Positions 28,901 to 34,720 of a DNA stretch of 49,228 nt are shown here, in pieces; position 1 is the stretch's first letter, and each line of letters starts with the position of its first letter. The notes under the pieces are model-generated. The model saw nothing but the letters and a program-made list of their open reading frames with translations. It did not search any database and was not told where the DNA came from. Position numbers and translations under genes: made by a program. Source of the DNA: Candidatus Zixiibacteriota bacterium (lineage in GTDB: Bacteria; Zixibacteria; MSB-5A5; GN15; FEB-12); NCBI GenBank assembly GCA_029858555.1, contig JAOUEU010000001.1, positions 1 through 49,228 of the forward strand, given 5' to 3'.

Positions 28901-29441
28901 TGACATCAAGGGATACACCCGGGTGACAGTCGCGACACCTACTGCCGTCGACGAAGAGAAGACGTACGACCAGATCAACGCCTGCGTACATATCACCGGT
29001 ACCCTGGAGAACCCCGAGATCAATCCCTGCGAAGACTCCGATGTCCAGAACCGGGAAGAGTTGCTGCTGCTGATTGTCGCCAACCAGTACACGTCGGAAC
29101 GGGGCTCGGCCTCCACCAGCGTGGAGCGGCGCGTGACGGGGCTGATTTCCTCCCAGGTGTCGCAGATCGGGACGCGGCAATTGGGCCAGTTGGGTGTGGA
29201 AACCTTCGAGATTGACCCGTACGATGAGGGCGGAATCGATCTCGCCAAGACGCGCGTGACGCTGGGCTTCTATACGCCTCTGGCCAACCTGTACGTATAC
29301 GGGCGCTCCGCTCTGTCGGGACAGACGGGGCAGGAGGTCGGTTTCGAGTATCGCTTCGCGAAAAACGTAATCTTCCAGGGCCGGCGGGACGAAGAAGAAC
29401 TCTACCGCCTGCTGTTGAAACTGCACTGGGAATTCGAATGA
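25908..29441 (+). CDS. tamB: Translocation and assembly module protein TamB (AsmA-superfamily, DUF490 C-terminus)
   Basis: 1177 aa with an N-terminal membrane anchor (IVLICAVGLIVIIVGLYLYVFVL) and a long beta-rich periplasmic body. The C-terminal block ...VTLGFYTPLANLYVYGRSAL...EVGFEYRFAKNVIFQGRRDEE is typical of the TamB/DUF490 end. It is followed by an Omp85 gene. Confidence 0.8.
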   Translation: MRRLKKIVLICAVGLIVIIVGLYLYVFVLGGLERIVNNQVASLVRPENKLQVSVGNIKGNIFSGITLERVEAFYVDSTHRYCLARVPRLVAAYSLSNIWNKNYILDYLYIDSAHVMLARDSSGNWLLPDFSSGDSSERPRFIPALTVGELRLNSVSLSLVDPADTLAFDNVTLSASIKTEDNTYGASVDRFEFTSNEEHIVLDAAEGQLTYSDGNVVFRGVTVVSADTRVKLNGSVSLGREPRGDIEFAVDNLDLEEITGYIGPRLRGVLDLNGAVSFAGRAVTGKVDMGGTFMLADFRNLHAEFHFAEALLHLDTLYGFILRDCAIDGSGEIDFSGPTENYRLNADIRNFNLKNLVHNSFASNLSGRLALEGQSFRTHSMVLNLHTDFFESSFDEYPIQKGTGDLVITADSMFFLDGFTVDYYENVFTASGRIDYSGGIDLDLAVQLDNLDRYRGKLFIDKPGGRGHAHGRLSGLTADPDLSGYFESDSVWIYGLYSDSLYATFDLERFLTGRRGNVEVSCFTGTAWAIPYDSAYTRLSVDSNLIGIDTVAFCAEYSKVCGQGILDVEAYPKELRLDTLTVTVFDQEFDNYEEVYIEIDSAGFDFKQVTIGNNGARLSLLGKIDYDESMNARVSVDHVPAAPWIGLFRPEWSVDGVVSCDASLRGTFLQPEFNLTGSVDSLTYRNLVLGHVGTHVNYSNRLLTIDSLNVRSDSGQYQASGALYVDVAFTTDSLERLPDLPMNIRITARDRRFDLVSLVMPSVEQLDGDFVADVTLTGTPFEPHLEGGAHIKNARLKYFDLEQLLYSDSAAVSMENNRIVVEEIEIHTENRKAFAYVEGEIVVKTFDSLYYDLDVNLPKEFPFAYELDDIKGVVEGEVHIEGDTPPLVTGDLTLVSARYEVNFAEADEGSPVMAALSGENTWDLNIIIDILSNYWIKNDDIDAELSGQVNLIREDGQYRFIGEMEILRGTGFLFDKTFRLEPGSQVIFEGNETLNPRLDIKGYTRVTVATPTAVDEEKTYDQINACVHITGTLENPEINPCEDSDVQNREELLLLIVANQYTSERGSASTSVERRVTGLISSQVSQIGTRQLGQLGVETFEIDPYDEGGIDLAKTRVTLGFYTPLANLYVYGRSALSGQTGQEVGFEYRFAKNVIFQGRRDEEELYRLLLKLHWEFE

Positions 29442-31360
29442 GTTGCCGCGTTGTCATTGCCGCTGTCTTTCTGATGGGCCTGGGCCTGGCGGCGGCCGCT
29501 TCGGCGACCGACAGAGTGCAACTCCGCTGGATACGCAATAAGCCGGTTATCGACTCCATCGTGGTGGAGGGCAATGAATATTTTTCTGCCGGTGAGATCA
29601 AGAAGCGGATGTACTCCAGGAAACGAAATGTCTGGGGCTGGCTCAAAGGTGACCGGCGAACGCGCATTCAGCGCGAAACACTCAGGCGTGATACCCTTGA
29701 AATTAAGTACATGTACTTGACTAAAGGGTTTTTGGGTATTCAGATTCAGGAGAGTTTTGAGATAACCGGCATCGATTCGGCCGCCTTGATCAGGGTGCAG
29801 GTCGATGAAGGTCGACAGTTTCGGTACGGCCGCCGGCAGGTTACAGGTTCCTTTGAAAGGCGGTTCGGTTACAGTCTGAACAAGATTGCGCTGAATCTCA
29901 AGGAGGGCGAGCCCGTTAATCTCTTCGAGGTCCGCGAGGCCGTCTTCGACATGAAAACGATCCTCGCCAACGGCGGTTTCCCGTACGCCAGGGTAACGCA
30001 CCTGGTCGACACATCCGGGGCCGACGGGGCGGCGATTACTTTTGAAATCGACGCCGATTCGCTGGTACATTTTGGTGATATCGCCGTGAAGGGCACTGAG
30101 AATTTTCCGGAATACACCGCGCGCCGGGAACTCAGAATACGCAAGGGGGCGGTTTACCGACGAGACGACATTCTTCGCAGTCAGCGGCGCCTTTTCGAAT
30201 CAGGTTACTTCAGTACCTTTCAGATAAATCAGGCCGATACGCTGACCGACCGCCTGCAGCCGGATTTTGTCCTCCGCGTGCGCGAGCGCAGACCGCTTTA
30301 TGTCTCCTTTGAAACGGGTGCCGCCCAGTCTCAGGAACGTGATCTGGAGTGGAGTTTCTCTCCGGCGTTCGGTAAACGCAATCTGTGGGGCTCACGACGC
30401 CTGGATCTTCTGGCTGACTACTCATTCAGTGTTGGTCGTGATACCCGGCTTTTGACCCACCGGTATCAGGTACGATTCACGGAACCCTGGTTTCTGGGGA
30501 TTCGCATGCCGCTGACACTAAGTGGCGAGTTAAACCCCCGGCTTAAGGATCCGACCCAGAACTTTGATAAACAGTCGTGGGTCGTTGCCGCGGCCACGAC
30601 CAAACGGTTCGGAATCTACATAAAAGCCAATCTCGGTTTCGAATATCAGTCGGTCGAGATAAGCGGTGTGCCGGAAGACCAGATCCCGCTGATCAAAAGC
30701 CAGGAAGGTATATCGGCCCGTCGCAAACTCTACTTCAATATCCGGCGCGACAGCCGCGAAGACCTCTTCATTCCCCGGTCGGGCTCGGTGACCGATTTTT
30801 CCGCCGAGTTTTTCGGCGGTTTCCTGGGCGGCGACGAAAACTTCTTCCGGTTTCAGACCGGCTGGTCCCGCTACCAGATATTCTGGCCCGGCTGGATTGC
30901 GGCGAGCCGTGTCCGGGTCGGCTGGACCGAGGAGTTCGGGGCCTCGGAATTTGTCCCCTCGGACGAGCTGCTTTATATTGGCGGGGCCAACAGTATCCGT
31001 GGTTTTAAGGAAAACACTCTCGGGCCACAACTGCCCGACGGCAGCCCCAAGGGGGCCCGCCTGACCTTGATCTTCAACCAGGAATTCCGCTGGAAGACTC
31101 TCCAGATATTCTCGGTCATTCCTGTTCTGGACGACCTGTTCAGGGCCCTGCCGCTCTGGCAGTCGCTTTTCTTCGACGCCGGTAACGGCTTCGACAGCCG
31201 GGCTGATTTCTCTCTGGAGGACCTGGCCTTCAGCTACGGCACGGGTGTTCAAATCGCCTCCCCGGCCGGGCCGATCCGTCTGGACTACGCCCGGCGTATT
31301 AAGACCGATAAAATCGACTTTGCTTCCCGCTGGCATTTTACTATATTATATGCCTTTTAA
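29438..31360 (+). CDS. tamA: Omp85-family outer-membrane protein (TamA/BamA family; POTRA repeats + surface antigen D15 barrel)
   Basis: Signal peptide ...LAAAASA. POTRA-like start IDSIVVEGNEYFSAGEIKK. Barrel motifs LYIGGANSIRGFKEN and YGTGVQIASPAGPIRLDYA. C-terminal ...WHFTILYAF. At 640 aa its size is TamA-like (about 3 POTRA) rather than BamA-like. The ATGA overlaps the tamB stop. The symbol is assigned by context. Confidence 0.8.
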   Translation: MSCRVVIAAVFLMGLGLAAAASATDRVQLRWIRNKPVIDSIVVEGNEYFSAGEIKKRMYSRKRNVWGWLKGDRRTRIQRETLRRDTLEIKYMYLTKGFLGIQIQESFEITGIDSAALIRVQVDEGRQFRYGRRQVTGSFERRFGYSLNKIALNLKEGEPVNLFEVREAVFDMKTILANGGFPYARVTHLVDTSGADGAAITFEIDADSLVHFGDIAVKGTENFPEYTARRELRIRKGAVYRRDDILRSQRRLFESGYFSTFQINQADTLTDRLQPDFVLRVRERRPLYVSFETGAAQSQERDLEWSFSPAFGKRNLWGSRRLDLLADYSFSVGRDTRLLTHRYQVRFTEPWFLGIRMPLTLSGELNPRLKDPTQNFDKQSWVVAAATTKRFGIYIKANLGFEYQSVEISGVPEDQIPLIKSQEGISARRKLYFNIRRDSREDLFIPRSGSVTDFSAEFFGGFLGGDENFFRFQTGWSRYQIFWPGWIAASRVRVGWTEEFGASEFVPSDELLYIGGANSIRGFKENTLGPQLPDGSPKGARLTLIFNQEFRWKTLQIFSVIPVLDDLFRALPLWQSLFFDAGNGFDSRADFSLEDLAFSYGTGVQIASPAGPIRLDYARRIKTDKIDFASRWHFTILYAF

Positions 31361-31445
31361 AGACTGTTCGGCGTGAACAATCGCCGCGCGGTCGTGTTTG
31401 GTATGTAAGACTGGCTGACTGATGAGCCGGCAGGAGACGCCACGA

Positions 31446-32609
31446 ATGGAAAGTGTTTATCTCGATTATAACGCCACCACGCCGATCGACCCGGAAGTGG
31501 TCCAGGCGATGTTACCGTACTTGACCGAAGGTTTTGGCAATGCCAGTTCCGTGCATCAGTACGGTCGGGACGCCAAGGTGGCGCTCGAGAATTCGAGAGA
31601 ACAAATCGCCTCAATAATAAACTGTGAACCGTCCGAACTCTACTTCACGTCGGGCGGAACCGAATCCGACAATATCGCCGTCATCGGAACCGCTTACCAG
31701 CTCAGGAAGAAGAAAAAGCACCTTATTGTCGGCGCCGCCGAACACCATGCCGTTTTGCACCCAGCCGAGCACCTGCACAAGAAGGAAGGCTTCGGCCTGG
31801 ACCTTCTGCCGGTTGACGCTGAAGGTTTTGCCTCCCCCCGGCAGTTGGCCGAGTTGCTGAGAGATGATTCGGCCTTGGTCAGTGTCATGCACGCGAACAA
31901 CGAAACCGGTACGATCGAGGATATCAAGACCCTGGCCGATATCGCGCACCAAAACGGCGTCCTTTTTCACACCGATGCCGTGCAATCCACCGGCAAAATC
32001 AACGTCGATGTAAAAGACCTGGGAGTTGACCTGCTTTCGCTGACGGGTCACAAGATATACGGGCCCAAGGGAGTGGGGGCGCTCGTCGTTCGCCAGGGCG
32101 TCAAGATTGCACCCCTGTTTTTCGGTGGTTCCCATGAGCGGAAACGCCGCCCCGGCACCGAAAACGTCGCCGGTGTGGTCGGTCTGGCCAAAACGCTCGA
32201 AATCGCCGAGAAGCGCCGCGAGGCGGATTTCACAAAGCTCTCCGAGCTGGCCGATTACTTTATCGATTCCGTCAGCCGGCGTATCCCCGATGTTTACTTC
32301 AACGGCTCCCGGCAGCGGCGCATCCCGCAGACGGTGAATCTGTCATTCGAGGGCATCGAAGGCGAGTCTATCGTCCTGTCCCTGGATATGAAAAACATTG
32401 CCGTTTCATCCGGCTCGGCCTGTACTTCCGGTGTGACTGAGCCCTCGCACGTTCTGATGGCGATGGGCAAGCCGGCCGTGGTCAGCCAGGGTGCGGTGCG
32501 TTTTTCGATGGGGCGCTCTACTACGAAAGAAAAGCTGGACTACGTCTTGGCCGAACTGCCGCCGATTATCGAGCGCCTGCGGGACATGTCCCCGGTGTAT
32601 GACCGCTAA
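31446..32609 (+). CDS. Cysteine desulfurase, NifS/IscS family (class V PLP aminotransferase fold)
   Basis: MESVYLDYNATTP, FTSGGTESDN, LTGHKIYGPKGVGAL (PLP lysine), RPGTENV and SSGSACTSG (active-site Cys). I prefer the ATG at 31446 to the one at 31422. Confidence 0.9.
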   Translation: MESVYLDYNATTPIDPEVVQAMLPYLTEGFGNASSVHQYGRDAKVALENSREQIASIINCEPSELYFTSGGTESDNIAVIGTAYQLRKKKKHLIVGAAEHHAVLHPAEHLHKKEGFGLDLLPVDAEGFASPRQLAELLRDDSALVSVMHANNETGTIEDIKTLADIAHQNGVLFHTDAVQSTGKINVDVKDLGVDLLSLTGHKIYGPKGVGALVVRQGVKIAPLFFGGSHERKRRPGTENVAGVVGLAKTLEIAEKRREADFTKLSELADYFIDSVSRRIPDVYFNGSRQRRIPQTVNLSFEGIEGESIVLSLDMKNIAVSSGSACTSGVTEPSHVLMAMGKPAVVSQGAVRFSMGRSTTKEKLDYVLAELPPIIERLRDMSPVYDR

Positions 32610-32626
32610 ACGATATATCGTATCTC

Positions 32627-33712
32627 ATGCCTGAAAAAGTCCTCGTTGCCATGTCAGGCGGCGTCGATTCCTCGGTCGCCGCTTTGCTTCTGAAAGAGCA
32701 GGGTTACGATGTCGTCGGAGCCCACATGAAGCTCTGGGACTACGTCGACGTCGGCGGTGACATCTACAAAGACGGCCGCTGCTGCACTATCGATTCCATC
32801 ACCGACTGCCGGATGGTCTGCGATGCCATCGGCGCGCCGTTCTATGTCCTCAACATGTCCGCCAGGTTCTCCGAAAAAGTGATCGAGAATTTCGTCAACG
32901 AGTACAAGTCCGGGCGCACGCCCAACCCCTGCGTCATCTGCAACTCCGATATCAAGTGGGTCGAGTTTCTGCGCAAGGCCGAAGAAATCGGCTGCGACTA
33001 TATCGCCACCGGCCATTATGCTACCATCGAAAAAATGCTCGACGGCAGGTACGGTATCCGCAAGGGGGTCGACGGCACCCGCGACCAAGCCTATGTGCTG
33101 TGGGGTATCTCCCAGAGAGCGCTTTCCAAAACGCTTATGCCGCTGGGGAAGAGGCGCAAAGCCGACGTGCGCGAGATTGCCCGCAGGTATAACCTTCGCA
33201 CCGCCGAAAAAACCGAGTCGCGCGAGATATGCTTTGTGGCTGATGACGACTACCGCCGGTTTCTGCGCGAATACGAAGAAAAGCGCGGGCGCAGTTTCGA
33301 GCCGGGCGATATTGTCCACACCGACGGCACCGTGCTGGGACGGCACCACGGCACCGCCTTTTATACTGTCGGCCAGCGCAAGGGCATGGGCATTGCCCAC
33401 CCGACGCCGCTGTATGTTCAGAAAATCGACACTGAAAAGAATGTCGTCATAGTTGGCGACAACGACACCCTGTTCAGGAACGAGCTGAAGGCTGAATCCG
33501 TCAACTGGGTCGCTATGGCTCCGGCGGAAAAACTGTTTGAGGCCGAGGTCAAGATCCGATATTTACACCAGCCCGCCCCGGCAACCGTTACTCCCTTGAC
33601 CGACGGCACAGTCCACATTATATTCAGGGACAAACAGCGGGCGATAACCCCCGGCCAGTCGGTGGTCTTTTTCGACGGCGACCTTCTACTTGGCGGCGGC
33701 GTAATAGCCTGA
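32627..33712 (+). CDS. mnmA: tRNA-specific 2-thiouridylase (tRNA 2-thiouridine(34) synthase)
   Basis: PP-loop VAMSGGVDSSVAA, then TPNPCVICNSDIKW, ATGHYA, DQAYVLW and FYTVGQRKG. Confidence 0.93.
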   Translation: MPEKVLVAMSGGVDSSVAALLLKEQGYDVVGAHMKLWDYVDVGGDIYKDGRCCTIDSITDCRMVCDAIGAPFYVLNMSARFSEKVIENFVNEYKSGRTPNPCVICNSDIKWVEFLRKAEEIGCDYIATGHYATIEKMLDGRYGIRKGVDGTRDQAYVLWGISQRALSKTLMPLGKRRKADVREIARRYNLRTAEKTESREICFVADDDYRRFLREYEEKRGRSFEPGDIVHTDGTVLGRHHGTAFYTVGQRKGMGIAHPTPLYVQKIDTEKNVVIVGDNDTLFRNELKAESVNWVAMAPAEKLFEAEVKIRYLHQPAPATVTPLTDGTVHIIFRDKQRAITPGQSVVFFDGDLLLGGGVIA

Positions 33713-33799
33713 GAGATTAGAGCGCTCATCTCTCATCACCTTCTTCATCCTGGCTCTGCGGCGCAAGTACAAGCGCAAGTCTTTCTGAAGATATAGCAT

Positions 33800-33829
33800 T
33801 TGACAAACCCGCGCGGCTTGCCGTATTTA
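33800..33829 (+). promoter_or_regulatory. Candidate sigma70 promoter (TTGACA-18 nt-TATTTA) for the MBL-fold hydrolase gene
   Basis: A perfect -35 TTGACA at 33800-33805 and TATTTA at 33824-33829, about 45 nt upstream of the ATG at 33873, which has an AAGGAGGAG SD. Confidence 0.35.
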
Positions 33830-33872
33830 TCTCCAGAGGCTGTCCAACAAGCAATAATCAAGGAGGAGAGAT

Positions 33873-34550
33873 ATGCCGGAAGTCAGATTCCTGGGCCATT
33901 CGTGTGTTACGATAACCGAAGGCGAGCACAAGCTCATAATCGACCCCTTTATAAGCGATAATCCCAAGGCCCCCGTCAAGGCCGACGAAATCGACGTCAA
34001 CTATATCCTTCTGACCCACGGTCACGGCGACCACGTGGGTGATGCCATCGCTATCGCCATACGCACCGGCGCGACGGTTATAGCCAATTTCGAGCTGGCC
34101 AGCCTGGTCGCGAGTGAGGGAGTCGTTATGCACCCGATGCATATTGGCGGCGGACACGACTTCCCGTTCGGGCGGGTGAAACTGACTATCGCCCACCACG
34201 GCGGCGGCTACGGCCCCGATGCTTCCCGCTACACCGGCCCGCCGGTAGGGTTCCTGGTAACAATCGGCGGCAAAGTGATTTATCACCCTGGCGACACCGG
34301 CCTTTTCCTGGACATGAAACTGATCGGCGAGATGAACAAGATTGACCTGGCCTTTCTCCCTATCGGCGACAACTTCACCATGGGCCTCGACGACGCCGTC
34401 AAGGCGGTGGAATTCCTGCAGCCGAAAAAGGTTATCCCGTTTCACTATGATACGTGGGATTTGATCGCCGAAAACCCGGCTAAATTCGCCGACCGCGTCC
34501 AGGGCGCCGAAGTCATTATCCTGAAACCGGGGGAGAGCCTTAAGCTTTAG
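33873..34550 (+). CDS. Metal-dependent hydrolase, metallo-beta-lactamase fold (UPF0173 family)
   Basis: 225 aa. ILLTHGHGDHVGD is the HxHxDH motif, and the N-terminus is RFLGHSCVTI. Length and layout match the UPF0173 family. Confidence 0.8.
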   Translation: MPEVRFLGHSCVTITEGEHKLIIDPFISDNPKAPVKADEIDVNYILLTHGHGDHVGDAIAIAIRTGATVIANFELASLVASEGVVMHPMHIGGGHDFPFGRVKLTIAHHGGGYGPDASRYTGPPVGFLVTIGGKVIYHPGDTGLFLDMKLIGEMNKIDLAFLPIGDNFTMGLDDAVKAVEFLQPKKVIPFHYDTWDLIAENPAKFADRVQGAEVIILKPGESLKL

Positions 34551-34573
34551 CGACCGGGCCGAAAGGCGTTCGG

Positions 34574-34600
34574 AAAGGCGGGTTGCGCCCCGCCTTTTTT
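34574..34600 (+). terminator. Rho-independent terminator
   Basis: AAA-GGCGGG (34577-34582), loop TTGCGC, CCCGCC (34589-34594), then TTTTTT (34595-34600). It starts 24 nt after the stop at 34550. Confidence 0.7.
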
Positions 34601-34643
34601 GGCTGCTGTGCCTGCCTGGAGGGGTACTGCCGCCGTTTTTTGA

Positions 34644-34672
34644 TTGCTTCCGATAGAGGTGGCGTGTAGAAT
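34644..34672 (+). promoter_or_regulatory. Candidate sigma70 promoter (TTGCTT-17 nt-TAGAAT) for the AsmA-family gene
   Basis: TTGCTT at 34644-34649 and TAGAAT at 34667-34672, about 50 nt upstream of the ATG at 34721 and downstream of the terminator. Confidence 0.3.
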
Positions 34673-34720
34673 AATTGTACTGTGGAACGGAAGGTGTAAC
34701 ATAAGAAAAGACAGGCGGAA

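Noticed and set aside
28029-29426. 465-aa minus-strand ORF antisense to the tamB 3' half
   Set aside because: It is a shadow ORF. The sense frame continues a 1177-aa TamB with a recognisable DUF490-type C-terminus. The antisense product has no motifs and a skewed composition.
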